Assembly (NCBI GenBank): GCA_045633485.1
Contig: JAZQYL010000022.1
Coordinates: 1,235 to 65,234 of the forward strand
Direction of reading: 5' to 3'
Length of the DNA stretch: 64,000 nucleotides
Source: Acutalibacteraceae bacterium
GTDB taxonomy: Bacteria; Bacillota; Clostridia; Oscillospirales; Acutalibacteraceae
Positions 17,409 to 26,324 of the stretch are shown here, piece after piece. The translations under genes were made by a program, and so were the position numbers. The notes beneath the pieces are model-generated. The model was not told where the DNA came from and did no database searches. It saw only the letters and a list, made by a program, of their open reading frames with translations. How positions within the stretch are numbered: the first letter of the stretch is position 1; each line of letters begins with the position of its first letter.

Positions 17409-17440
17409 CACGCCCGTTACAGCAATGTAACGGGCGTAAC
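17409..17440 (-). terminator. Rho-independent terminator of pck
   Basis: Stem acgcccgttac / gtaacgggcgt; on the minus strand it is followed by gttttttgtttt. Confidence 0.7.
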
Positions 17441-17467
17441 AATTTTAGTTATTAAATGTAAATAAAA

Positions 17468-19252
17468 TTACATCTTTGCAAGGTTTGCTTTAAGAGTGTC
17501 AAGCTGTTCACGAAGTGCAGCAGGCAACTTGTTGCCAAACTTCTTGTAATGCTCTTCAATTTCTTCAGCTTCCTTGGACCAAACGTCCTTATCAACCTTA
17601 AGGATTGATTTAAGTGTTTCAATATCCATATCAAGATCAGTAAGATCGATATCTTCCGGTTGTGGAATGTAACCAATAGCAGTTTCGGTAGCTGTTGCTT
17701 TACCTTCACAACGGTCAATAATCCAGTTAAGAACGCGCATATTGTCGCCAAAACCAGGCCATACGAAGTTGCCTTCATCATCAGTACGGAACCAGTTAAC
17801 GTTAAAGATCTTAGGAGCGTTCTCACCAAGCTTTTCGCCCATTTCGAGCCAGTGTGCAAAGTAGTCACCCATATGGTAACCGCAGAATGGAAGCATTGCC
17901 ATTGGGTCACGACGAACAACACCTACTGCGCCTGCAGCTGCGGCTGTTGTTTCAGAAGCCATTGCAGAACCTACAAATACACCGTTAACCCAATCTTTTG
18001 ATTGATATACAAGTGGAGCGCACTTAGCACGGCGGCCACCAAATACGATTGCAGAGATTGGCACACCAGCGCCCTTGTTGAACTCGTCAGAGATGCATGG
18101 GCAATTTTCAGCAGGAGCTGTAAAACGTGAGTTTGGATGTGCAGCGTATGTTGACTTATCAGCCTTTACGAACATTGAAGGATTCCAAGCATTGCCCTTC
18201 CACTCAAGTGCATTTTCGGGCGGATTCTTATCAAGACCTTCCCACCAAACGGTATTATCGTCAAGATTAAGACAAACGTTTGTAAAGATTGTGTTCTTCT
18301 TGGTTGACTCAAGAGCGTTAAAGTTAGAGTGAACATTAGTACCTGGAGCCACGCCAAAGAAGCCGTTTTCGGGGTTAATCGCATAAAGTCTACCATCAGG
18401 ACCTATCTTCATCCATGCAATGTCGTCACCAACTGTCCAAATCTTATAACCCTTTTCACGTAAATATTCGGGTGGAATAAGCATAGCAAGGTTAGTCTTA
18501 CCACATGCTGATGGAAACGCAGCAGCAATGTAACGAACCTCGCCCTGTGGATTTTCAAGACCAAGTATAAGCATATGCTCAGCCATCCAGCCTTCCTTCC
18601 AACCTTGGTAAGAAGCAATACGAAGCGCAAAGCACTTTTTACCAAGAAGAACGTTACCGCCGTAGCCTGAGTTAACAGAAATAATTGTATTATCCTGTGG
18701 GAAGTGACAAATGTATCTCTTTTCAGGATCAACGTCGCAACGTGAATGTAATCCGCGTACCCAGTCATTGCTATCGCCTAAAACTTCAAGAACTTTAGGA
18801 CTAACACGAGTCATAATTACCATGTTAAGAACAACGTAGATAGAATCAGTTACTTCGATACCAACCTTAGCGATTGGTGAACCGATAGGACCCATTGAAT
18901 ATGGGATAACGTACATTGTCTTACCCTTGTAGCTACCACGAGCAATGTCGTAGAGTTTTTTATACATTTCAGCAGGATCACACCAGTTATTTGTTGGGCC
19001 TGCTTCTTCTTTAGTTGTTGTGCAGATAAAAGTTCTATCTTCTACACGTGCAACGTCATTAGGATTTGTACGGTGCAAGTAGCAACCTGGAAGCTTATCT
19101 TGATTAAGCTTGTGTAATTCGCCGATTTCACAAGCTTCTGCGCGAAGTGCTTCAATCTGCTCTTTGCTGCCATCGATCCAAACAACTTGATCAGGGGTGA
19201 GAAGTTCTTTCATCTCATCGAGCCATTTTAATACAGTTTTGTTTGTGGTCAT
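17468..19252 (-). CDS. pckG: Phosphoenolpyruvate carboxykinase (GTP)
   Basis: 594 aa with the GTP-PEPCK kinase-1a loop AAFPSACGKTNLAML and conserved WMKIGPDG and NWFR segments. Strong codon bias and higher GC than the neighbours. Confidence 0.93.
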   Translation of the reverse strand: MTTNKTVLKWLDEMKELLTPDQVVWIDGSKEQIEALRAEACEIGELHKLNQDKLPGCYLHRTNPNDVARVEDRTFICTTTKEEAGPTNNWCDPAEMYKKLYDIARGSYKGKTMYVIPYSMGPIGSPIAKVGIEVTDSIYVVLNMVIMTRVSPKVLEVLGDSNDWVRGLHSRCDVDPEKRYICHFPQDNTIISVNSGYGGNVLLGKKCFALRIASYQGWKEGWMAEHMLILGLENPQGEVRYIAAAFPSACGKTNLAMLIPPEYLREKGYKIWTVGDDIAWMKIGPDGRLYAINPENGFFGVAPGTNVHSNFNALESTKKNTIFTNVCLNLDDNTVWWEGLDKNPPENALEWKGNAWNPSMFVKADKSTYAAHPNSRFTAPAENCPCISDEFNKGAGVPISAIVFGGRRAKCAPLVYQSKDWVNGVFVGSAMASETTAAAAGAVGVVRRDPMAMLPFCGYHMGDYFAHWLEMGEKLGENAPKIFNVNWFRTDDEGNFVWPGFGDNMRVLNWIIDRCEGKATATETAIGYIPQPEDIDLTDLDMDIETLKSILKVDKDVWSKEAEEIEEHYKKFGNKLPAALREQLDTLKANLAKM

Positions 19253-19361
19253 TGTAAATTCTCCTTAACAATTTTTTACAAATTTTTGCTTTTATATTAT
19301 AATATTATTAACCATAAAAATCAATATAAATCTTTAAAATTTAAGAAAAAATTTATAATAC

Positions 19362-19390
19362 TTGACACTTCTTACTTTTTTGTGTAAAAT
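19362..19390 (+). promoter_or_regulatory. Sigma-A type promoter
   Basis: TTGACA (19362-19367), 17-nt spacer, TAAAAT (19385-19390). It lies inside the over-extended track ORF, which supports the downstream start at 19428. Confidence 0.5.
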
Positions 19391-19427
19391 CGTAATACTT
19401 GATTTTATAGAAAAGTGGTATAAATTT

Positions 19428-20675
19428 ATGAAAATAGTTCCATTTACCAAGGAAAATATTGAAAATTGGTCACAAATCTATCCTACTCCCTTTTACGTAT
19501 ATGATGAAGTGGGAATTCGAAAATGTGTGACTGATTTGTATAAGGCATTCTCTTGGAACAAAGGTTTTAAAGAATACTTTGCAGTAAAGGCAACCCCTAC
19601 CCCTGCTATTTTGCGTCTTTTAAATGAACTTGGTTGCGGCACCGACTGCGCGTCAATACCTGAACTTGTTTTATCTCAAAAAAGTGGAATAAACGGTAAA
19701 AATATAATATTCACCTCTAACGAAACAACCGTCGAAGAATATAAAGCGGCTATTGAATGTGGCGCTATAATAAACTTTGACGATATTACTCATATTGAGT
19801 TTTTCGAAAAACTCGCTCCGCTTCCCGATACTGTTTGTTGTCGTTATAATCCCGGTAAATTTAATATCACCAACGATATTATGGGGCATTTGCACGACAC
19901 AAAATTTGGTATGACGCATGAGCAAATACTCGAAGCTTTTGCTATTTTGAAATCTAAAGGCGTAAAGCATTTCGGTATTCACTCAATGCTTGCAAGTTGC
20001 TCGCTTGTGGAGGAATATTATCCTCGTCTTGCAAAAAAATTATTTAAGTTTGCCCTGGAAATTAAAGAAAAGCTTAATATCAACGTTGAATTTATTGATC
20101 TTTCAGGCGGTATTGGTATACCATATAAACCCACCGAAGAACCTATTGATATTTTTGCAATTGGCGAAGGTGTACGTCAGGTGTACGAAGAAATTATAGT
20201 TCCTGCCGAAATGGAAATTGCATTATTCACCGAAATGGGACGTTACATTACCGGCCCATACGGTTATCTTGTTACAAAAGCGCTTCACTATAAGCATATA
20301 TACAAGGAATATATCGGTGTTGATGCTAGCGCATGCGATCTTATGCGTCCTGCTATATATGGTGCATATCATCACATAACAGTTATGGGTAAGGAAAACG
20401 AGAAACCGGTTGGAAAATTTGATGTTGTTGGTTCACTTTGTGAAAATAATGATAAATTTGCCGTTGAACGCGAATTACCACAGGTTGAAATTGGCGACTA
20501 TCTTACAATTCACGATGCGGGTGCTCATGGCCATTCGATGGGTTATAATTATAATGGCAAACTCCGTTGCGCCGAGCTTATGCTAAAACCCAACGGTAAC
20601 GTGCAACTTATCCGCCGCGCACAAAGTATGGCAGACTATTTTGCTACGCTTGATATTGATGAAGAATTCAAATAA
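19428..20675 (+). CDS. PLP-dependent group IV (Orn/DAP/Arg) decarboxylase, diaminopimelate decarboxylase-like
   Basis: FYVYDE, PLP-lysine context FAVKATP, LSGGIGIPY, GSLCENNDKF, HDAGAHG. Confidence 0.65.
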   Translation: MKIVPFTKENIENWSQIYPTPFYVYDEVGIRKCVTDLYKAFSWNKGFKEYFAVKATPTPAILRLLNELGCGTDCASIPELVLSQKSGINGKNIIFTSNETTVEEYKAAIECGAIINFDDITHIEFFEKLAPLPDTVCCRYNPGKFNITNDIMGHLHDTKFGMTHEQILEAFAILKSKGVKHFGIHSMLASCSLVEEYYPRLAKKLFKFALEIKEKLNINVEFIDLSGGIGIPYKPTEEPIDIFAIGEGVRQVYEEIIVPAEMEIALFTEMGRYITGPYGYLVTKALHYKHIYKEYIGVDASACDLMRPAIYGAYHHITVMGKENEKPVGKFDVVGSLCENNDKFAVERELPQVEIGDYLTIHDAGAHGHSMGYNYNGKLRCAELMLKPNGNVQLIRRAQSMADYFATLDIDEEFK

Positions 20676-20752
20676 AATATTTTTCTTGTAAAAAATGTTT
20701 TTATTTGATATACTGTAATTGTATGGAATTTTAAATTAAAGGGATGAATAAA

Positions 20753-21301
20753 ATGTCAGTTGGTTTTAGAAAAAGTCTTTTTGGCTTTAACTGCGATGAT
20801 GTAGTGTCTTATATTGAAGAATCACACAAAAAATTCTCGGCAAAAGAAGAAGCGCTAAACCAAAAAATTGATAGTCTTGATAATACTATTGCTGATGTTA
20901 ATGCTCAACTTGAGGATGTTAAAGCAGCAAAGGCGATTGTTGAAGCCCAGCTTAAGGAATATACCGATAAATACGATGAAATTGAAAGACTTTCTCAAAA
21001 TATCGGTAAGTTATATTTGGTAGCGCAGGCCAATGCAAAATCAATTATGCAAAATTCTACTGATAATCGTGATATTGCAAACCGTGAGGTAGAAAAAAAT
21101 CTGCATTCTATTGATAACGCACACGAACAACTTGCAACACTTAAAGCCGAAATTATGCAAACATCAGATGATTTTGTAGCCAAGGTAGATGCTCTTGTTA
21201 ACTCACTTGCTGTTGCTCGCGAGCAGGTTACTCAAAAAAATGCGGAAAATCGCGAACTTGCTGAACAATTCGAAAATCTTTTTGCAGATATAAACAAATG
21301 A
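20753..21301 (+). CDS. DivIVA-domain coiled-coil protein
   Basis: N-terminus FRKSLFGFNCDDVVSYIEE resembles the DivIVA N-terminal motif; the rest is a heptad-rich coiled coil. Alternative start at 20744. Confidence 0.45.
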   Translation: MSVGFRKSLFGFNCDDVVSYIEESHKKFSAKEEALNQKIDSLDNTIADVNAQLEDVKAAKAIVEAQLKEYTDKYDEIERLSQNIGKLYLVAQANAKSIMQNSTDNRDIANREVEKNLHSIDNAHEQLATLKAEIMQTSDDFVAKVDALVNSLAVAREQVTQKNAENRELAEQFENLFADINK

Positions 21302-21837
21302 ACGAATATTATTTAAACACTATCGAGCTTAAAGCTTTTTGTAAAAAGTTGCGTGTTGGTGATAAAGTTTACTTAAGCGGATGCGTTTATACCAGCCGTG
21401 ATGCTGCGCATAAACGCATTTTTGATTGCATTAATAAACAAACAACTCTTCCCTACAATATTGAAAACTCGGTTATTTATTATGCCGGTCCAACGCCAAC
21501 ACCCAACAATCTTGCAATAGGCAGTTGCGGACCTACAACGTCCTCACGAATGGATTTATACGCACCTATGCTTTATGATATGGGCCTTGCTGCAACCATA
21601 GGCAAAGGTGAACGCAACCAGGCAGTTATTGATTCAATAATCAGAAATCAGGCCGTGTATCTTTGCGCAATAGGCGGCGCAGGCGCGCTCGCTTCACAAA
21701 GCATTGTTTCAAGCCGTGTTATTGCTTTTGATGATTTAGGTTGTGAATCGGTAAAACAACTTGAATTTTATAATTTTCCACTTATTGTCGGCATTGACTG
21801 TAACGGCGGTAATATTTTTAATAAAACTATCCTTTAA
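21298..21837 (+). CDS. Fe-S type hydro-lyase beta subunit (class I fumarate hydratase / L(+)-tartrate dehydratase C-terminal domain)
   Basis: GCVYTSRDAAHKRI, GPTTSSRMD and IGKGER motifs. The start overlaps the upstream stop (ATGA). Confidence 0.7.
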   Translation: MNEYYLNTIELKAFCKKLRVGDKVYLSGCVYTSRDAAHKRIFDCINKQTTLPYNIENSVIYYAGPTPTPNNLAIGSCGPTTSSRMDLYAPMLYDMGLAATIGKGERNQAVIDSIIRNQAVYLCAIGGAGALASQSIVSSRVIAFDDLGCESVKQLEFYNFPLIVGIDCNGGNIFNKTIL

Positions 21838-21847
21838 ATATTTTTTT

Positions 21848-21877
21848 GCAAGATGCTTTTTGCATCTTGCTTTTTTT
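21848..21877 (+). terminator. Rho-independent terminator
   Basis: 9-bp stem gcaagatgc / gcatcttgc, loop ttttt, followed by ttttttt. Confidence 0.65.
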
Positions 21878-21944
21878 ATTTTTTTGTGTATAATATAATA
21901 AAGTGTTCTATTTGGAACACAATTTCAAAATGGAGGTGTAACCA

Positions 21945-22550
21945 ATTAACTGTTTTTTATTTAACGGACTTACAGAAAACGAAAAAAGTGATATATATTC
22001 ATATCTTCCTCCTCCCCAAATATTTATTAAGGGGGATGAAATTTATAAAAACGGTATGCTTGGCATTATATTAGATGGTACTGCCACTGTAAAAAGACAT
22101 AACGATATTGGAGACAGTATCACAATACGAACAATATCAGGCGGTGAACTTTTTGGTGCTGCATCGGTTTTTGGTTCTTGGAAAGATGGAATGAGTAGTA
22201 TAATTGCTGATACTTGTTGTAAAGTACTATTTATTGATCAAAATGAATTTTGCTTTCTTATCAATCAATATCCACAGTTATCGCTTAATTATATCATATA
22301 TCTTAGTGATCGCATTCGTTTTTTAAACCAAAAACTTGATGCTTTTACCGCAAAATCGACCGAAGAAAGACTTTATGAATATTTATTATCTCAGTCTGAT
22401 TCAAGCGGCAACATTAATCTTGGTTTTGGTATAGCGGAATTAGCAAGACGTTTAAATGTCGGAAGAACTAGCATTTATCGTGATATTGCATCCTTAGAGT
22501 CAAAAAAATTAATTAACAGAGATGGTCACAACTTCAAAATTAACAAATAA
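21945..22550 (+). CDS. Crp/Fnr-family transcriptional regulator (start codon unresolved; possibly ATT at 21945)
   Basis: The frame is open from 21942 and encodes LFNGLTENE...IFIKGDEIY...GELFG (cNMP-binding barrel) and IAELARRLNVGRTSIYRDIASLE (HTH). The first ATG (22056) would delete half the barrel. GGAGG (21932-21936) lies 8 nt before ATT 21945. Confidence 0.65.
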   Translation: MNCFLFNGLTENEKSDIYSYLPPPQIFIKGDEIYKNGMLGIILDGTATVKRHNDIGDSITIRTISGGELFGAASVFGSWKDGMSSIIADTCCKVLFIDQNEFCFLINQYPQLSLNYIIYLSDRIRFLNQKLDAFTAKSTEERLYEYLLSQSDSSGNINLGFGIAELARRLNVGRTSIYRDIASLESKKLINRDGHNFKINK

Positions 22551-22560
22551 GGTGATACAA

Positions 22561-23568
22561 ATGAAAAAACTACTTGCAATTTTATTAACATTAACCCTCG
22601 TATTTTCGCTTGTTGCTTGCAGCAATACCAATAACACTTCTTCAGTTTCGGATGTTTCAAGCGTAGTCCCATATTCTGCTGTTGATATGTCGGTTGCTTA
22701 TATGACCGGTCCTACTGGAATAGGTATGGCGAAACTTAACGCCGATAGCGATGCTGGCATAACAGCCAATAATTATACCTTTACTGTAGCAAGCGCTGCT
22801 ACCGACATTACCGGTAAGTTTTTAAAGGGTGAAATTAACATTGCATCGGTACCTACCAATGTTGCTGCCACACTTTATAATAAATCAAACGGCAAGGTTA
22901 GAATGCTTGCCGTAAACACTTATGGCGTTTTATCCATCCTTGAAAACGGCGACACTATTAAATCTGTTAGCGATTTAAAGGGTAAAACCATCTATTCAAC
23001 CGGAAAAGGTCAAAATCCTGAATTCATTTTAAATTATATTTTAGAAAAAAATAACATTAATCCCAGCACTGATGTTACCATTAACTTTGTATCTAGCGAA
23101 GACCTAGTAGCAAAACTTATTAGTGGTGAGGCCGAGATTGCTTTAGCACCAGAACCTGCCGCTACCACTGTTTTAGTAAAAAACCAAAGTCTTAAGCGTG
23201 TTCTTAGCATAAACGATGAATGGGCAAATGTTTCCGACAGCAAGCTTATGATGGGTTGCGTCATTGCTCTTGACGACTATATAAACGCAAATCCTAAGGC
23301 AATCGAAAAATTCTTAGAAGAATATGCGGCATCAATAAAATTTGCTACCGAAAACATTGACGAAGTCGCAACCTATTGTGAAACATACAAAATTGCGGCA
23401 AGCGCAACAATTGCCAAAAAGGCAATTCCTACTTGCAACCTTTGCTATGTTACCGGTAACGATATGAAAATAAATGTAAACGAATATCTTAACGTTTTAT
23501 TTAATGCAAATTCTGATTCAATTGGAGGTAAACTTCCATCTGATGATTTCTACTATAAATCAAAATAA
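22561..23568 (+). CDS. ABC transporter substrate-binding lipoprotein (NMT1/sulfonate-nitrate-taurine type)
   Basis: Lipobox LVAC after a signal peptide; AAGGTGA RBS before the ATG at 22561. Followed by a TauC/SsuC-like permease and an ATPase. Confidence 0.6.
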   Translation: MKKLLAILLTLTLVFSLVACSNTNNTSSVSDVSSVVPYSAVDMSVAYMTGPTGIGMAKLNADSDAGITANNYTFTVASAATDITGKFLKGEINIASVPTNVAATLYNKSNGKVRMLAVNTYGVLSILENGDTIKSVSDLKGKTIYSTGKGQNPEFILNYILEKNNINPSTDVTINFVSSEDLVAKLISGEAEIALAPEPAATTVLVKNQSLKRVLSINDEWANVSDSKLMMGCVIALDDYINANPKAIEKFLEEYAASIKFATENIDEVATYCETYKIAASATIAKKAIPTCNLCYVTGNDMKINVNEYLNVLFNANSDSIGGKLPSDDFYYKSK

Positions 23569-24346
23569 AAAAAGTTTTTGGCAAAAAACACTAATAGTTG
23601 TTGGAGTTACGGTTTTCTGGCTTCTTATCTGGGAAACCGCATCTCGCCTTGTAAGTCGAAACAATCCGTTACTTTTACTAATATTACCAAGTCCGCTTAC
23701 TGTGCTAAAAAAATGGTTTCAAATTGCATTTACAAAAGAATTTTTGACAGCAGAATTTTTAACACTATTAAGAATTTTTATTGGATTTATATTAGGTGTG
23801 GTATCAGGATTCATTTTAGGTCTAATAACACATATTTGGGATATTGTTAATCACTTATTGTCTCCCATCATCAAAATCATTCGTGCTATTCCTGTTGTTG
23901 CAATAATAATTTTAATGTATTTGTTTTTCTCCAGTTCTACCCTACCCATATTTATTGTATGTCTTATGGTACTTCCTATTGTATGGCAAGCGGTACATGA
24001 TGGACTTAAAAACACCGATGTAAAGCTTTTGGAAATGGCTAAGGCGTTTGATATTTCAAGCAAAAAAACACTTTTAAAAGTAAAGCTCCCTCATATTATG
24101 CCACAACTTATAACCTCTTGCGTTAGTGCATTGGGGCTTGCTTGGAAATCAGGTGTTGCTGCTGAAGTTATTTGTTTACCAACCGCTTCTCTCGGTACGC
24201 TTTTATGGCACGGAAAAGGCGCAGTCAATTATGACGAGGTATACGCTGTAACACTTACCGTCATTTTACTTAGTATTATTATTGAATATTTCTTTAAATT
24301 CCTTTGTAAAAAATATGTTTTAACAGGAGGAATTAACAATGATTGA
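23543..24346 (+). CDS. ABC transporter permease (NitT/TauT family-like)
   Basis: Six hydrophobic helices and an EAA-like loop LEMAKAFDISSKKTLLKVKLP. The start is uncertain. Confidence 0.7.
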   Translation: MISTINQNKKSFWQKTLIVVGVTVFWLLIWETASRLVSRNNPLLLLILPSPLTVLKKWFQIAFTKEFLTAEFLTLLRIFIGFILGVVSGFILGLITHIWDIVNHLLSPIIKIIRAIPVVAIIILMYLFFSSSTLPIFIVCLMVLPIVWQAVHDGLKNTDVKLLEMAKAFDISSKKTLLKVKLPHIMPQLITSCVSALGLAWKSGVAAEVICLPTASLGTLLWHGKGAVNYDEVYAVTLTVILLSIIIEYFFKFLCKKYVLTGGINND

Positions 24347-24905
24347 ACTAAAAAAAGTTAATTTCTCATACGATGATCAAAAAATATTAAGCGATTTTTC
24401 ACTGTCGATAAAGGGCGGCGAATGCATACAACTATCCGGCATTTCCGGTAGCGGTAAAACTACCGTAGCAAGGCTTATAACAAACCTCGAAAAACCTACC
24501 GACGGTACAATAATTGCACCGCAAAAAATATCGATTGTTTTTCAAGAAGATAGATTGTTGGAAAATCTTGATGTACAAAAAAACATTCGACTACCACTTT
24601 CTAAAGAACAATATTCTTTAGCAGATAATTTATTAAAAGAATTTGGATTGTATGATATTCGCAAAAAAAGAATATCACAATTAAGCGGCGGTATGAAACG
24701 GCGTGTAGCGCTTATAAGAGCAATAGCATTCGGTGGTGATGCGCTGATTCTAGACGAAGCTTTTAATGGTCTTGACACAGAAAATAAAAAAATTGCGGCA
24801 ACCATTATCAAACGTGAATTTTTATATAAAGATAAACCCGTTTTGCTAATTACGCATACGAGTGAGGATGCCGAATTACTTGATGCAAAAACAGTTCAAA
24901 TTTAA
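24339..24905 (+). CDS. ABC transporter ATP-binding protein (short, 188 aa)
   Basis: Walker A GISGSGKTT, signature LSGGMKRRVAL, Walker B LILDEAF. AGGAGG RBS. Confidence 0.85.
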   Translation: MIELKKVNFSYDDQKILSDFSLSIKGGECIQLSGISGSGKTTVARLITNLEKPTDGTIIAPQKISIVFQEDRLLENLDVQKNIRLPLSKEQYSLADNLLKEFGLYDIRKKRISQLSGGMKRRVALIRAIAFGGDALILDEAFNGLDTENKKIAATIIKREFLYKDKPVLLITHTSEDAELLDAKTVQI

Positions 24906-24929
24906 CTATTCATAAAAAAACACGAGTCA

Positions 24930-25817
24930 TCATGACTCGTGTTTTTTTATATCTTTTTCTAATATAACACCCGTTGCGTAACAAATAGGCATACCGCTTT
25001 TTATACGGTCTATGTATGCACGACGAAGTGAAGTATTGTTTGGCAAAGTGTCAGGATTGCCATCATAAAGGCAATCAAACAGGCGCCAAACTTCGCTATA
25101 ATCGTTATATTTACCCGTCTCTACAATGGTAAAGTCATCATAAAATTGTGCGAGATTAGAACGATCATCTAAAACTGTTCTATTCCAAGGATCTAAAAGC
25201 CAGCTGTTACAAATGAATATGATATTTTTGTTAAACTCTTTTTTAAAAAACTGCTCTGCTTTTTTATAAGAATCTAATACTAAAGAATGCTCAAGTTTGG
25301 TTCCCGTACGCGGTATGTGTACACTTAAAACCTTTGTACCCTTCGGTATTACAACGCCATTGACCATGCATTCAAACCAGGTATGATTAATTTCAAACTG
25401 CAGACGACCAAGCGCAAAAATTCTCATTTCAAAAAAACCTTTATACCAACGCGGTACAAATGTACCACATTTACCGTGAATTAAACGACACTCTTCAAGT
25501 TTATAACGCAAATCCATAATTGTATCATAAAAGATTGTATCATCAATGCCCATTTCGATATATCTTTTATGCAACTTAGGAGTCATACAAATAAACAGCA
25601 ACATATATGCCCCATATTTGCAAACATCATATTTTAAAGCAAGATTTTCTGTGTCTTCGATTGTTTTTAAAAAATCAAAGTTTTCGGAGCCATAACGATT
25701 TACAATTTCAGAAAATTCAGAAGAAGTTGAAAAAATATCAAATATTTGCAACAATTCTTGTTCCGCATATGTCGGAAAACAAAGTTTTTGCATTAATTGT
25801 TTTACATCATTTTTCAT
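24930..25817 (-). CDS. Conserved hypothetical protein (possibly NAT_N/GNAT_C-type acyltransferase family)
   Basis: 295-aa ORF. The only hint is a CNSWLLDP segment, which I recall from that family. Weak. Confidence 0.3.
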   Translation of the reverse strand: MKNDVKQLMQKLCFPTYAEQELLQIFDIFSTSSEFSEIVNRYGSENFDFLKTIEDTENLALKYDVCKYGAYMLLFICMTPKLHKRYIEMGIDDTIFYDTIMDLRYKLEECRLIHGKCGTFVPRWYKGFFEMRIFALGRLQFEINHTWFECMVNGVVIPKGTKVLSVHIPRTGTKLEHSLVLDSYKKAEQFFKKEFNKNIIFICNSWLLDPWNRTVLDDRSNLAQFYDDFTIVETGKYNDYSEVWRLFDCLYDGNPDTLPNNTSLRRAYIDRIKSGMPICYATGVILEKDIKKHES

Positions 25818-25826
25818 AATAACAAA

Positions 25827-26315
25827 TCATTTATTAAGCGTAACATTGCTAAAAGTTACCTTAAGATTAATGTCCTCCACTTCCAATTTAATTGGCAATC
25901 CTTGCGGTGAAAAAAGAAAACTATATTCATGATCATTAACATTACCATTAATTTCACAATTATCGTTATTATAAACTGTTTTCTTATTTACAACATCCTT
26001 TAGAATATCAAACATAGCCTTTATAACGGCACCCTTAGGTGCTGTGTTGACATCTACGGTATACGAAACGCCCTTAAATCCAGCCGTAATGCCGTTTTTG
26101 TCAACTTCAAACATCAATCCATTAATCTTTTCAGGCTTCCTTACAGTTAATTTTAAACCGCTATCAGAGGTAACGCCATCTACCATACAATTTATATCTT
26201 CACATTCTATTTGCGCCGTAAAGGAAATATTTTTTAGCACGGGTTTTACAGGCTTTAATCTTGCGCAACCACAAAATAATAAAAAAACAAGCGGAAAAAC
26301 AATAATTTTTTTCAA
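25827..26315 (-). CDS. Hypothetical lipoprotein
   Basis: Signal peptide with lipobox FCGC. Its start (26315) lies 7 nt downstream of the nnr stop codon (26325-26327). Confidence 0.5.
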   Translation of the reverse strand: MKKIIVFPLVFLLFCGCARLKPVKPVLKNISFTAQIECEDINCMVDGVTSDSGLKLTVRKPEKINGLMFEVDKNGITAGFKGVSYTVDVNTAPKGAVIKAMFDILKDVVNKKTVYNNDNCEINGNVNDHEYSFLFSPQGLPIKLEVEDINLKVTFSNVTLNK

Positions 26316-26324
26316 TCAAATCAC

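Noticed and set aside
13168-17440. Integrated mobile element or defence island next to tRNA-Pro
   Set aside because: I recognised no integrase, recombinase, transposase, phage or known defence-system gene. I saw no second att copy at the distal end. Only the short scar next to the tRNA is supported.
17468-19252. Locally higher GC of the pck gene as a sign of horizontal transfer
   Set aside because: This is a core, highly expressed gene with strong codon bias. No flanking repeats or mobility genes are present, so the composition shift is better explained by expression-linked codon usage.
21853-22074. 73-aa track ORF upstream of the Crp-family gene
   Set aside because: It starts inside the terminator hairpin at 21848-21877 and is in a different frame from the clear cNMP-binding domain coding sequence. 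The product is Phe/Ile/Lys-rich noise.
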